The notes below the pieces were generated by a model. It saw only the letters and a program-made list of their open reading frames with translations, was not told where the DNA came from and made no database searches. A stretch of DNA of 64,000 nucleotides from a virus, in IMG/VR virus record IMGVR_UViG_3300046171_000193, positions 64,001-128,000 of that record; one strand, 5' to 3'. Shown piece by piece: positions 1-11,096 of this stretch. Within the stretch, counting starts at the first letter, position 1. Every line of letters begins with the position of its first letter. Made by a program: the position numbers and the translations under genes.

Positions 1-1787
1 ATGAATTAAAAAATCAAATATGGGGAACGGCAAAAGATCGATGGGATACTGCATATAATAATTACCAAATGTGGACAGTAGGAAGTTCGTCTATTCAAGG
101 TAATTTTAGTGGAGCTGAACCGACAGTTAATAGGACTACCGCGCTATACCGAATGCAAACAAAACAAAATCCGTGGAAGACTGCATCAACTAATGAAAAC
201 GTGGCTATAAGCTCTAAAGTACAACAACAAGGCGCAGGTGAAAATGTTGATGTCATATGTGCTGATAACGGTACATGGATCGCACATACAGAATTTATTA
301 ATAAAGGCGTAAACAATGCAGTAAATCCGGTTGATTATAAGTCAGGTAACGTTTTAAATCGAGCAGGATATTGTGACGTATTAGATGTTGTTCTTGACGG
401 TCCATACTATATTGATCCTGACTGGTTCAATGCAGATACAAGTAGATTAGAAACACGATGGGATGGTACGGTTGTACCGACCGAAGCTGCAGCTCAAAGC
501 TGGTGGAGAGATTCAACTCAGCGCAGTGCATCGTTTGCCGCATTTGGAAATATTCTTGTATCTACTGCTTATACTCGAGACAATGTACACGGGAGTCCGA
601 CAACGTTAGCATACGATGCAGATCATGGTACACAATGTGCTAGTTTAATATACGGTCGTACACACGGGTGGGCATACAACGCAAATAAGTGGCATCTAAA
701 CTTATATGGTAGTGGTTATAATGTAGGTAGTTTTGAAATCGGATTTGACGTACAAAAAATATTTCACACATATAAACCTAATAATCCTATCTTTGGCACA
801 AAAGATCCTACCATTAGCTCAAACAGTTGGGGATTTAGATCATCTTCTAAAGGTGGATCTTATTACTACTTTAGAACAGATGGAGCTGCCTCTTATGGTG
901 GAACATCAAACGAACCAAACTATATTAGTTGGTTAGGCGCAATGGGCGATGGCGGTCGTTGGAAAAGCGAGCATTACGATAACAGTACGACACAGGCTGG
1001 AGACGAATTAACTCAATCAGGTGTCATTATGGTAACTGCAGCTGGAAATAGCAATCAGCCACAATATAATCCTGATCATCCGAACTATGATAATCGTATA
1101 TCAAATAACAATACAAACACTTTTTATCAAGATACGTTCAGTGAATTTGGTTATAACGTAACAGGATCAACTAATCGTAGAGGGTTTCCACAGCATATAG
1201 GAAAAACTGTAAGTGAAACATCATATGGAAATACTACGGTTAAATTTCCTGCAATCAACGTTGGTTGTTTAGATGATGATATGACAAATAGCTATGATCA
1301 AGATAGAAAAGTAAATTATAGTGATTGTGGAAATGCAATTGACTTTTTTGCTCCTGGAGATGGAACGTTAGCCGCATGTCCAGATGCATCTTATGGAGTT
1401 GATACAAGCAGAAGCGATGGAGAATACGCTGATTTAACTGCTATCTCTGCATGTAGAGATACAAGGTTTAGTGGTACAAGCGCTGCATGTCCTGTAGGCG
1501 CAGGTCTAATGGCCGTGGTTATGCAATTCAATAGAAGTTGGACATACGAGAATCTTCGTAATTGGATTGAGACAACCGTAGATGAACAACCGTCTTCTGA
1601 TATGTACGAAGGAACTGAAGTTACAACAGCCGGTGGTAGTTGGTCAAGTGATTATAATGCATTACAAGGCGCTGATCGCAGAGTATTGTATGCTGCCACG
1701 ATACCTATAAATACTCCATATCCTGCAGATTTTAAAATGGAAGGTCCTTTAGCGATAACCGCTGGACACTTCGATAAAGTAGTATAA
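1..1787 (+). CDS. Subtilisin-like (S8) serine protease, probably virion-associated; 5'-truncated by the window
   Basis: Catalytic motifs DVICADNG (Asp), HGTQCAS (His), AAGN (oxyanion Asn), FSGTSAACP (Ser). The frame is open from base 3, upstream of the ORF-track ATG at 69. Confidence 0.85.
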   Translation, partial: ELKNQIWGTAKDRWDTAYNNYQMWTVGSSSIQGNFSGAEPTVNRTTALYRMQTKQNPWKTASTNENVAISSKVQQQGAGENVDVICADNGTWIAHTEFINKGVNNAVNPVDYKSGNVLNRAGYCDVLDVVLDGPYYIDPDWFNADTSRLETRWDGTVVPTEAAAQSWWRDSTQRSASFAAFGNILVSTAYTRDNVHGSPTTLAYDADHGTQCASLIYGRTHGWAYNANKWHLNLYGSGYNVGSFEIGFDVQKIFHTYKPNNPIFGTKDPTISSNSWGFRSSSKGGSYYYFRTDGAASYGGTSNEPNYISWLGAMGDGGRWKSEHYDNSTTQAGDELTQSGVIMVTAAGNSNQPQYNPDHPNYDNRISNNNTNTFYQDTFSEFGYNVTGSTNRRGFPQHIGKTVSETSYGNTTVKFPAINVGCLDDDMTNSYDQDRKVNYSDCGNAIDFFAPGDGTLAACPDASYGVDTSRSDGEYADLTAISACRDTRFSGTSAACPVGAGLMAVVMQFNRSWTYENLRNWIETTVDEQPSSDMYEGTEVTTAGGSWSSDYNALQGADRRVLYAATIPINTPYPADFKMEGPLAITAGHFDKVV

Positions 1788-1790
1788 ATA
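1783..1790 (+). promoter_or_regulatory. T4-type late (gp55) promoter TATAAATA
   Basis: Exact TATAAATA 23 nt before the 1814 start, followed by the RBS AGAGGT. Confidence 0.75.
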
Positions 1791-1813
1791 GATAAAACGA
1801 ATTAGAGGTAATA

Positions 1814-2800
1814 ATGACTCGTCAGAACATAGCAAATGGTACGTATGCCAATGACGGAAGTGGTGATACATTACGTCAAGCGAGCCAGAAAATTAATGAA
1901 AATTTTGTCGAGCTTTATCAAAAACTCGGTGGAGATAGTAATACTTTAGTTGGAGCAATTGCTGTTGCAGCGGGTGGTTTACAGTTTGAAGGAACTACGG
2001 CAGATCTAAACGAAACAGTTTTAAGAGCTGTTGATCCTACGGCCGATCATGTTATTCATTTACCAAATGCCTCTGGTGAAATTTTACTTGATTCTGCCAC
2101 ACAAACATTATTGAATAAAACACTTACCAGCCCAACAGTAAGCGGAATAAAAGTTCAAGATAATGATGCATCGCACACATATAATTTTATAGCGGGTTCA
2201 TTGACTGCGAATCATAATCTTAATATACCAACACTATCAGATAGTGATACACTTACTTTACTTGGTGCATCTCAAACATTAACAAATAAAACTCTTACAG
2301 CTCCTACAATGTCTCAACCTAAAGTTAGTGGTTATATTGGAGACGCTAACGGAGCTGAAATTTTTAGTATTACTGCAACAGGAAGTGCAGTTAATCATGT
2401 TGATGTACAAAACGCCGGTACTGGTTCAAATCCTGTTATGAGTGCAAGTGGAGACGATGCTGATGTTAATCTTAATTTAAGTGGTAAAGGAACAGGATCA
2501 GTAGAAATTGAAAAAGCAGCTTATTCTTCTGATGTGATTACGGCCACAGGAGCTGCTGATACTTCTAAATCATATATTGTCGGAAACTCTGGAACACCAA
2601 TTTCGGTATCAGTGGCTAATGGTACGACAGTAGGAGAATATAAACTATTTACAAATAAGAACGCTGGTACTGCTACTATTACACCAGCCACCTTTGGACC
2701 AGGAACCAGCATTGCTTTAGCAAATAATCAAGGATGCACAATGATATGGGATGGAACAAGTTGGCAGTTGGTCAGTAACTTCGGCGGAACCGTGAGCTAG
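1814..2800 (+). CDS. Baseplate wedge / fibre-connector protein with gp9/gp10-type N-terminus
   Basis: N-terminal motif RQNIANGTYANDGSGDTLRQASQKINENFVELY; QTLTNKTLT fibre repeats; adjacent to gp8. Confidence 0.7.
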   Translation: MTRQNIANGTYANDGSGDTLRQASQKINENFVELYQKLGGDSNTLVGAIAVAAGGLQFEGTTADLNETVLRAVDPTADHVIHLPNASGEILLDSATQTLLNKTLTSPTVSGIKVQDNDASHTYNFIAGSLTANHNLNIPTLSDSDTLTLLGASQTLTNKTLTAPTMSQPKVSGYIGDANGAEIFSITATGSAVNHVDVQNAGTGSNPVMSASGDDADVNLNLSGKGTGSVEIEKAAYSSDVITATGAADTSKSYIVGNSGTPISVSVANGTTVGEYKLFTNKNAGTATITPATFGPGTSIALANNQGCTMIWDGTSWQLVSNFGGTVS

Positions 2801-2810
2801 GGAATCTAAA

Positions 2811-4187
2811 ATGGTTGCAATTATTACAGATAAATTTAAAAGACAAGTTCTTAACGATATTTTTACAAACGTTACAGATTCTGCGGCTACGTACTATATT
2901 GGTATTGGTAGATCACAAGACTGGAATGCTACGGACGCAGCTCCCACTCCTTTGAATACTGCAAAAGAAGAACGTGACTTTCGTTTAAATTTACAGGCTA
3001 TGAAAAAAGGTGAAGATGTTTCATATGTGATTCCTAGATATAACTGGTCTTCTGGTACAATTTATGCTTCGTATGATGATCATGTTCAAGGTTATCCAAC
3101 AAATGCATATTATGTTATGACAGATGAGTTAGCTGTTTACATGTGTTTACAGCAAGGTAAAGATGCTACAGGATCTTCTGTGACATCTACGGTTAAACCG
3201 ACAGGCACTTCTTTAGATCCTATTTCAACAGCAGACGGTTACGTATGGAAATACCTATATGGACAAACTGCTTTGCGTTCGGTAAAGTTTACATCAGCTA
3301 ATTATATTCCCGTACAGTTCGTTGACTCTGCCGGCGCTTCTGATCCTGCATTAGAGCAAGAACAAAAAACAATTCAGGATGCAGCCGTCAAAGGACAGAT
3401 TACTAGTATTAAGGTAGATAACGGTGGAACAGGATATACGTCTGCTCCAACTATTACATTTACCGGTAACGGAACAAAAACTCCTGGCGCAACAGCTACT
3501 GTATATAACGGAACTATTGTAAAAGTTGAGATGAATGATTCTGGTACAGGAAAAGCTTATGGCGCTGGATACGATTATGCATCAGTTCTATTTTCTGGTG
3601 GCGGTGGAACAGGAGCACATGCTCGTGCTGTAGTATCAACACCGTTAGGAATAGGTGGAGATGCAAGAGACGATCTTCGCTCAAGCGCTATTATGTTTAA
3701 TTCGAAGCTAATTGGCGACGAAACAAATGCGATGATTACAAGTAATGATTATAGGCAAGTAGGAATAATTAGAGATCCTAAAGTTGGTCCAGATTCTGCA
3801 GATTCAGATTTTGAAGGTCCTGCAGCAAACGTCTTAAATAAATTAAAGTTTGGTTCTATTGCTCAAAACTTTACCGAAGACAAAACAATTCTAGGATCCA
3901 CATCTGCTGCAAAAGCATATATCGATAACGCAGATTCAAGCTATGTATGGTATCATCAGACTGATTCTACTGGCTTTGCTACATTTATCGAAGGCGAAAC
4001 GATTACGGAGACTGATGGTAATGGTGAAGGCATCTTAGATTCAGCTTCGGTTGACGGTGATACATTGGCATATATAAAAGGTACAGTCGATCGATTGTCT
4101 GGTACAATATTGTACATCGATAATCGAGCTGCGATTGAAAGAGATCCCGCACAAACTGAAGACATAAAAGTAATAATTCAACTGTAG
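2811..4187 (+). CDS. gp8: Baseplate wedge subunit gp8-like
   Basis: YVIPRYNWSSGTIY, ADGYVWKYLY, DYRQVGIIRDP and C-terminal SGTILYIDNR..I.R...QTEDIKVIIQL, typical of marine T4-like gp8. Confidence 0.85.
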   Translation: MVAIITDKFKRQVLNDIFTNVTDSAATYYIGIGRSQDWNATDAAPTPLNTAKEERDFRLNLQAMKKGEDVSYVIPRYNWSSGTIYASYDDHVQGYPTNAYYVMTDELAVYMCLQQGKDATGSSVTSTVKPTGTSLDPISTADGYVWKYLYGQTALRSVKFTSANYIPVQFVDSAGASDPALEQEQKTIQDAAVKGQITSIKVDNGGTGYTSAPTITFTGNGTKTPGATATVYNGTIVKVEMNDSGTGKAYGAGYDYASVLFSGGGGTGAHARAVVSTPLGIGGDARDDLRSSAIMFNSKLIGDETNAMITSNDYRQVGIIRDPKVGPDSADSDFEGPAANVLNKLKFGSIAQNFTEDKTILGSTSAAKAYIDNADSSYVWYHQTDSTGFATFIEGETITETDGNGEGILDSASVDGDTLAYIKGTVDRLSGTILYIDNRAAIERDPAQTEDIKVIIQL

Positions 4188-4196
4188 AGTGATTTA

Positions 4197-7100
4197 ATGG
4201 CGACAAAATTTACGGAAAAAGTCTTTGCTGATACGTATAAAGACGATTATAGAGACAGTAATAACTATCATAGGATACTGTTTAATTCTGGCCGTGCTTT
4301 GCAGGCAAGAGAGCTAACTCAGTCTCAAACGATACAACAAAAAGAAATTGAAAGATTTGCCCGCAATATCTTTAAAGAAGGTGCATCAGTTAATCCTGGT
4401 GGACCAAGCCTTAATACTCGATATGAATTTATCAAGCTTGATACAACTACGAATAACTTGCCAACAGATACTTCTACTATTGTTGGAGATGAATTTACCG
4501 GGCAAAACTCTGCATTTAAAGCAAAAATTTTAGAAGTCGTTGCTGCGACTGCAAGTGATCCTGCAACAATATACGTTGCATATATCGATACCTTATCAGC
4601 TTCTTCATTTGCTTCTCCAAACACTATGGATCCAGGCGAAGACATTGTTGGTACGAATTCAGGTGTTACGTTAACTGTTCAAACCACAAGTACAACGGCA
4701 AATCCTGCTACCGGATTTGGTACAAGATTTTCGGTAGAAAAAGGTGATTTCTTTACACAAGGGCATTTTGTATTTTGTGAAAAACAATCTATCATACTAA
4801 GCAAATACGGTCAACAACCAGATGCAACTGTAGGATTTTTAGTAACACAAGACGTTGTTACTGCTGCAGACTCTGAGCTTCTGTATGATAACCAAGGCGC
4901 TACTCCAAATACTTCTGCTCCAGGTGCTGATCGTTATAGAATTACAATGACGCTTACCACTCAGGATGATATAGATTCAGATCAAAACTTTGTTTACTAC
5001 GCAAGAATAAGAAACGGCGTTGTATTTGATGTTGTAACTGGCGATGATGCATATGCGCGCGTTGAAGATAGAATGGCTAAGCGTACAGCAGATATTCAAG
5101 GTGATTTCTTTATCAATCCGTTTATTGTAAATTATGAAGACGATTCGAATGACGCAAATCTTATTGCAACAGTATCTGAAGGATTAGCATACGTATCAGG
5201 ATATAGAATAGAAAAAACCTTTCCAACACGTTTACGTATTCCAAAAGCAAGAGATACTCAAACTAATAACAACGAAGTGGTAGCTGCATCTTACGGTAAC
5301 TATATTACAGTTACAGATCTTAAAGGTTTGCCAAACGTTAACGTGTTTCAAAATAGAAACTTACGTTCTGCAGTAACCCACGGTGGTTCAACCATTGGTA
5401 CATGTCGTATTCGTGCAGTAGAAGAAGACGGAGCATATTATAGATTTTATATCTTTGATGTCGTAATGAACGCAGGCCAATCGTTCGCGAATGTAAAATC
5501 TATTGGCGGTAGTTCTTTTGATTATGCCAACTTAGTTTTAGATAATGGTAGTGCGATACTAAGAGACGTTGGTAATAATAACTTATTCTTTAACTTGCCA
5601 TTTGAACGACCAAAAACCTTATCTGATATATCATTAGAAGTATATCGTGCTTTTAATGCTTCACTCGATCCTTCTGGTGCTGCTACACTGACATTGACTG
5701 CTACCGGAGAAACGTTCGGTAGTGTCAATGACTGGATAGTTTCAGTTGATTCATCTGGTTCTGTCATTTCCCCAACAATTACAGGTGCTGGTACCCAGGC
5801 TGCGACAATTAGTGGTGGTCCAACAAGTTCTAACATTGAAATTATTGCAAAGGTAAACAAAGCTGCTGGTAGTGTACGTACAAAAACTCTTGTTGAAACC
5901 ACGGTTGTACGAGCTATAGAATCTGATGGAACCGGTACTGCTTTTATAAGTTTACAAAAACCAGATTTATTTAAGTTAGATCGTCTGCGTGATTCGGATT
6001 CTGATGGTGCAGATTTAATTAATAATTTTATTGTTGATAACGGTCAGAGAGATAACTGGTATTCTCCTGCAAGATTAATTTTAAAAGGTGATAAACCAGC
6101 TCCAGGTGGACAAGTATTTGCAAGATTTAGATATTTCACACATGGTGCATCTGGTGAATTCTTTGCAGTTAACTCATATACTGGTCAGGTGGATTACAAA
6201 GACATTCCGGCTCATACATTAAACGACGGAAGTAAAGTATTCTTACACGACGTATTAGATTTTAGACCACGTAAAACCGATGGAGACTCAGACTTTACTG
6301 GTGGTACTGCTCGTATTAACGAACTACCAACCAATACTGATTTGATTACAACTGACGTTGAGTACTATCTTCCGCGGTACGATAAAATCGTACTCGATAA
6401 AGATGGTAACATTAAAGTGCTTCTTGGTACATCTGCTCTTGAACCACAGTTTCCGGTCAAGCCAGACGGGGATCTTTTACTTACAGATGTAAAATTACAA
6501 AGTTTTACAAAAAGTGACTCTGATGCGAACTTAGCACCATATGAAACAAAATTGTTTACAATGGACGATATCGGTAGTATATCTCAAAAAGTAGATAATC
6601 TATTTGAACTTACTGCATTATCGTTAATTGAAACAGGTTTATCTAATTTTAGTGTATTTGATTCTACAGGAGTTGATAGAACAAAGGCTGGCTTTTTAGT
6701 AGATGGATTTAAAGATCAATTAGGATCTAGTGTATTTAATAATGAATATAGAGCTGCTATAGATCCACAAGCGCAATTACTGCGACCATCATTTTCAGAA
6801 GAAGCTATAAGACTTATATATGACTCAGATCTTTCTACGAATACAATTCTAAAGGGAGATAACATATATAAGAAATTTACACACGTAGAATATATCGATC
6901 AGCCTCAGGTTTCAGGCGTCATGAATATTAATCCATTCTCAGTTATTACAAACATGGGTGCAATGGAATTATCTCCAGCATCTGATGAGTGGAGAGAAAC
7001 AAGACAGGCTGCTGACGTCATTGTTGGTGGAGGAACACAAAATCAATTTAGTGGAAATCAATCACAATTATTTAATAACTCACAGTGGAACTGGGCAGGA

Positions 7101-9449
7101 TCAACAGTTGGCGCAACTAGATCTCAAAGTCTAGGAAGCTCTTCTAATACTAATACTAGCACTAATAATGTAAACAGTGGTGGCAATGTTGTAGGTGGCC
7201 AGGCATTTGGAGCAGGGTGGAGAGGCTCATGGGATCGTACAGATACTGTTACTACAACTACAACTACGTCCACTACGGCAACAGCAAGAGTTGCATCGTT
7301 CTCTACGATTCGAAGCGTTGTAGGTAATAGAGTCATAGACGTAGCGATGATTCCATTCATGAGATCGCGACGTGTAAGTTTTAAATGTCAAGGTATGAAA
7401 CCAAATACTAGAGTATTTCCATTCTTTGACGGTACTGCTGTAGATAACTGGGTTAAGTCAGACACATTTACTAGAATTGCTACAACTGATAACGAAGCTG
7501 GAAACAGGTATGACAGAAATAGCGGACATCCGGATGGAGCAACTTCTCTCTTTACAAATGCCGAAGGCGTTGTAGAAGGCGAATTCTTTATTCCGAGCGG
7601 AAGTACATTAAGATTTAGAACTGGTACAAGAGAATTAAAACTTTTAGATATTAGTAGCGATAATGAAGATGCTGCAACTTCTATTGGTGTAGCATCGTTT
7701 ACTTCAAGCGGTGCACTCGAAACCAGACAAAGAACTATTCAATCTACTCGAGTTAGAAATATTGTAACTGGTACAACTTCTTCGTCTTCTGCTTCATCTA
7801 GAACGTCTAGAGGTACAGCTAACATTAATACTTGGAACGTAGTAACCGGTGAAAGACGTGTTAACAATGTTGTTACCACTCCTCCACGTACGGTACGACA
7901 GAGAGATCCATTAGCTCAATCGTTCTTTATTCCAGATCAAGATGGTGTTTTCTTAAGTAAGGTTGATATATTCTTTCAAACAAAAGATGACACTATTCCA
8001 GTATCATTAGAATTAAGGCCAATGGTAAATGGTAGTCCTTCTGCAACTGAAACTATACCAGGTTCTCGTGTGTTTAAATCGCCATCAGGTGTAAATACTT
8101 CGGTTAATGCGACAGCTGCAACAACATTTGAATTTGAAGAGCCAGTATATCTAATGGCATATGAAGAATATTGTGTGGTTCTTGTTGCTGAGACAGATAA
8201 CTATAATGTTTACATTGCAGAAACTGAACAATTTATTTTAGGTTCTACAGAGAGACGTATTACATCTCAGCCGACATTAGGCTCATTGTTTAAATCACAA
8301 AATACAACAACATGGTCTCCCGATCAAACAAAAGACCTAATGTTTAAATTGTATAGAGCAAACTTTAGTACTGCGACGTCAAATGCTATACTTCGAAACG
8401 CAAGCGTACCTACAAGATTGCTTGATGCAGATCCCATTACTACAACAAATAGCGCTACTCGTATGGTAATGAAACACGCCGATCATGGTTTTGTTGCTGG
8501 CGATAACGTTTTCATTGGAGGATTTGATTCATCAACCTCATACGCTGGTGTTAAAGGAACATCTATTATTGGTAACCGTACAATCGATAGCGCCGATAAT
8601 GATACAATTACATTTGATGCAGATTCTGCAGCATCAAGTTCAATTTCAATAGGTGGATTTACGGTTACAAATTCTCAAAACTATGCATTCGAAAGCGTAT
8701 TTCCATACATTGAAACTAATTTACCACAATCAACAACTATAGAAGTTAATGGTAAGTTTCTTTCTGGTAAATCAAATGCTGGTTCTGAAACTCCATATAG
8801 TCAGGATGGAACATTTGAATCTCTAGTGTTAAGAGAAAATAATTTCTTCTTTGCTCCAAGAGTTGTAGCTAATGATGCAATTCAAACATTAAATTTACCG
8901 GCAGGTGAAAGGTCAGCAAGCATTCGAGTTGATATGAGTAGTACTTCTGCTTATGTTTCTCCGGTACTTGATATGCAAAGAGCTTCATTGTGGTTAACAC
9001 ATAATAGAATTGATAACCAAGATTCAAACGGATCTAGTTTAAGTAATATTAATACTCCAATAAATTTTGTCGCAGAAACAGATAAGACTGGTGGTACTCA
9101 TCTATCTAAACATATTACAAGACCTGTAACACTAGCTACAAGTGCAGTTGGATTAAAAATTATTCTTGCTGCCAATAGACCTTCTGTTGCAGACTTTGAG
9201 GTTTATTATAAAGCGATTAGTGACGATGCTACATTTGATGAAACAAATTGGATAGAAGTTCCTAAAGAACGAATCTTACCATCGGATGAAAACCCAGGAA
9301 TATTTAGAGACTATGAATATATAGTTGGTGGACCAGGTGGTTTATCAGTACCTTTTAACAGATTCATACTTAAATTTATAATGAAAAGTTCAAATAATGC
9401 TAGAGTACCACAATTTAAAGATTTACGTGTAATAGCATTGGCTTTATAA
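4197..9449 (+). CDS. Large virion structural protein (VrlC/DUF4815-like)
   Basis: YHRILFNSGRALQARELTQSQT, APGADRY, DPLAQSF, GSLFKSQN..TW...Q..DLMF and C-terminal VPQFKDLRVIAL. Confidence 0.8.
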   Translation: MATKFTEKVFADTYKDDYRDSNNYHRILFNSGRALQARELTQSQTIQQKEIERFARNIFKEGASVNPGGPSLNTRYEFIKLDTTTNNLPTDTSTIVGDEFTGQNSAFKAKILEVVAATASDPATIYVAYIDTLSASSFASPNTMDPGEDIVGTNSGVTLTVQTTSTTANPATGFGTRFSVEKGDFFTQGHFVFCEKQSIILSKYGQQPDATVGFLVTQDVVTAADSELLYDNQGATPNTSAPGADRYRITMTLTTQDDIDSDQNFVYYARIRNGVVFDVVTGDDAYARVEDRMAKRTADIQGDFFINPFIVNYEDDSNDANLIATVSEGLAYVSGYRIEKTFPTRLRIPKARDTQTNNNEVVAASYGNYITVTDLKGLPNVNVFQNRNLRSAVTHGGSTIGTCRIRAVEEDGAYYRFYIFDVVMNAGQSFANVKSIGGSSFDYANLVLDNGSAILRDVGNNNLFFNLPFERPKTLSDISLEVYRAFNASLDPSGAATLTLTATGETFGSVNDWIVSVDSSGSVISPTITGAGTQAATISGGPTSSNIEIIAKVNKAAGSVRTKTLVETTVVRAIESDGTGTAFISLQKPDLFKLDRLRDSDSDGADLINNFIVDNGQRDNWYSPARLILKGDKPAPGGQVFARFRYFTHGASGEFFAVNSYTGQVDYKDIPAHTLNDGSKVFLHDVLDFRPRKTDGDSDFTGGTARINELPTNTDLITTDVEYYLPRYDKIVLDKDGNIKVLLGTSALEPQFPVKPDGDLLLTDVKLQSFTKSDSDANLAPYETKLFTMDDIGSISQKVDNLFELTALSLIETGLSNFSVFDSTGVDRTKAGFLVDGFKDQLGSSVFNNEYRAAIDPQAQLLRPSFSEEAIRLIYDSDLSTNTILKGDNIYKKFTHVEYIDQPQVSGVMNINPFSVITNMGAMELSPASDEWRETRQAADVIVGGGTQNQFSGNQSQLFNNSQWNWAGSTVGATRSQSLGSSSNTNTSTNNVNSGGNVVGGQAFGAGWRGSWDRTDTVTTTTTTSTTATARVASFSTIRSVVGNRVIDVAMIPFMRSRRVSFKCQGMKPNTRVFPFFDGTAVDNWVKSDTFTRIATTDNEAGNRYDRNSGHPDGATSLFTNAEGVVEGEFFIPSGSTLRFRTGTRELKLLDISSDNEDAATSIGVASFTSSGALETRQRTIQSTRVRNIVTGTTSSSSASSRTSRGTANINTWNVVTGERRVNNVVTTPPRTVRQRDPLAQSFFIPDQDGVFLSKVDIFFQTKDDTIPVSLELRPMVNGSPSATETIPGSRVFKSPSGVNTSVNATAATTFEFEEPVYLMAYEEYCVVLVAETDNYNVYIAETEQFILGSTERRITSQPTLGSLFKSQNTTTWSPDQTKDLMFKLYRANFSTATSNAILRNASVPTRLLDADPITTTNSATRMVMKHADHGFVAGDNVFIGGFDSSTSYAGVKGTSIIGNRTIDSADNDTITFDADSAASSSISIGGFTVTNSQNYAFESVFPYIETNLPQSTTIEVNGKFLSGKSNAGSETPYSQDGTFESLVLRENNFFFAPRVVANDAIQTLNLPAGERSASIRVDMSSTSAYVSPVLDMQRASLWLTHNRIDNQDSNGSSLSNINTPINFVAETDKTGGTHLSKHITRPVTLATSAVGLKIILAANRPSVADFEVYYKAISDDATFDETNWIEVPKERILPSDENPGIFRDYEYIVGGPGGLSVPFNRFILKFIMKSSNNARVPQFKDLRVIALAL

Positions 9450-9682
9450 TGGAAAGAAATTTTAAGAAGGTAGAGGGATCTCAAAATTTATTCAGAGATC
9501 CTAATACAAATGCGATACTAAATACTGATATTGCTGGAATACAAAAGGCAAGAGAATTAAAGGCTGAAAGAAAAAAACGAGCTTTAGAATTTGAAAGAGT
9601 AAAAGACGACGTACAAGAAATGAAGGAAGATATGTCTGACATAAAATCCTTATTAAAACAATTGGTGGAAAAAAATGGCTAG
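9449..9682 (+). CDS. Small coiled-coil protein, typical follower of the VrlC-like gene
   Basis: KVEG..NLFRD..TNAILN motif plus a heptad C-terminus; start overlaps the upstream stop. Confidence 0.7.
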   Translation: MERNFKKVEGSQNLFRDPNTNAILNTDIAGIQKARELKAERKKRALEFERVKDDVQEMKEDMSDIKSLLKQLVEKNG

Positions 9683-10061
9683 AACCTTTGTAGATCTAAA
9701 TGATTTAGTTAATACATGGCGGGAAAAAACAAACGAGATCAGTTACAAAGTAGGTGACTTAGCTAACCTTGCCACCGGTGGGGACTCAGATCTTGTACAA
9801 GCGATTAACGAATTACATACTGAAGTTAGTAGTAATACTACTACATTAGGTAGTTTAAATCTATTAGATTCGGCCGGAGTTATAGCGCTTATTGGTGGTC
9901 AATTTCCAGTAGACACATCAGATCTTGCGGACTCTTCTATTACAGGAAGTCAAATAGCTAACGATGCTATTGGTCAAGAGCAATTATTATCAGTTGAAAG
10001 CCTTTCAATTTACGATTCAGCAGGAACTCTCTTGAAGCAGTTGTATGGCGCAGGAGCTTAA
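9675..10061 (+). CDS. Putative structural protein (collar/fibre-like N-terminus)
   Basis: NTWREKTNEI...VGDL..L...DLVQAINE motif; operon context. Confidence 0.55.
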   Translation: MARTFVDLNDLVNTWREKTNEISYKVGDLANLATGGDSDLVQAINELHTEVSSNTTTLGSLNLLDSAGVIALIGGQFPVDTSDLADSSITGSQIANDAIGQEQLLSVESLSIYDSAGTLLKQLYGAGA

Positions 10062-10063
10062 GT

Positions 10064-11083
10064 ATGGCTGTTATAAGGCCCCTAAAAATTAACGAACCTG
10101 GTGGGGATCTGCAGGAAATGACTTCTGCAGAAGTTCAGTTACTTATTAACGAAGTGATAAGATTATATGCTAATAATCCAGGAATAGAATTATCCGTAAC
10201 ATCTGGATTAGATGATGGCACAGGCTGGCAATATAAACTTTCTTCTCTAGTTGATAATCGATTGCAAGCAAGTCCAGCTGCTAGCTCCGGTGCACCATGG
10301 CCAACGCCTGATGCTGTTTCATATAAGTCGGTTGCATATACCGAAACGTTATTAGATATGATATGGCGTTATCCCTTTCCATATAAAGATAGAGCCGGCA
10401 GTGAATATGTAAATCATTCATATCCTATTTTTTATAACGATCCAAGCGGATATATTAAAGCTGCAGGCTGGCAAGATATGGTTGATACATTTATTGAACC
10501 AGCATTACAATCATTAGCTGGCAATACATTAACACCAGAAGCAGCTGGTGGAACGTATTTTATTTCTACAAATACTTCTGAAACAGATGCGACTTTAGTT
10601 GGCACCGGTCTTATTGCAAAAGATACAGTTGCAGATGTTAATGCGTTTCAAACTGGTAGTTTGCCAGAAGATGTAGATCAACCCTTAAACTCGTTTACCG
10701 TAGATTATTATCTACACAAAATTAATGCTCCAGCTGAATTCTCATTTACTCTTCCTGCAGTAATGATGGCTGATGAAAGTTTTAAAGCTATTCCTAAATC
10801 TGTTCTTAGACCAATGTTATTACATTTAGTTCAATATTGGGCCGTGCAAGGCGCATCGCAAGGTATTGCATTACGTTATCAATATGGATCGTCTGCATTT
10901 TTAACCGGACAAGGAATGGTTGCAAGAGGAACCGGTATAGGTGATACATATACAAGTGCATCTATTCTTAGAAGAGAACAAGATTTTCCGGATCCTAACG
11001 GTACTGTATATTATGCACAACATGTACCTGATGGTAGTCCATCATTACAGACAACTACATATTTAGGAGTTGGATTAATTTAG
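10064..11083 (+). CDS. Hypothetical virion structural protein
   Basis: 339-aa ORF tightly packed in the late operon (MAVIRPLK...LQEMT). Confidence 0.55.
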   Translation: MAVIRPLKINEPGGDLQEMTSAEVQLLINEVIRLYANNPGIELSVTSGLDDGTGWQYKLSSLVDNRLQASPAASSGAPWPTPDAVSYKSVAYTETLLDMIWRYPFPYKDRAGSEYVNHSYPIFYNDPSGYIKAAGWQDMVDTFIEPALQSLAGNTLTPEAAGGTYFISTNTSETDATLVGTGLIAKDTVADVNAFQTGSLPEDVDQPLNSFTVDYYLHKINAPAEFSFTLPAVMMADESFKAIPKSVLRPMLLHLVQYWAVQGASQGIALRYQYGSSAFLTGQGMVARGTGIGDTYTSASILRREQDFPDPNGTVYYAQHVPDGSPSLQTTTYLGVGLI

Positions 11084-11096
11084 TGAAAGGTTTATT

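Noticed and set aside
1706-1713. Intragenic TATAAATA copies (also at 18625 and 58161)
   Set aside because: Expected by chance in AT-rich coding DNA and not positioned directly before a start, although 58161 could serve regA.
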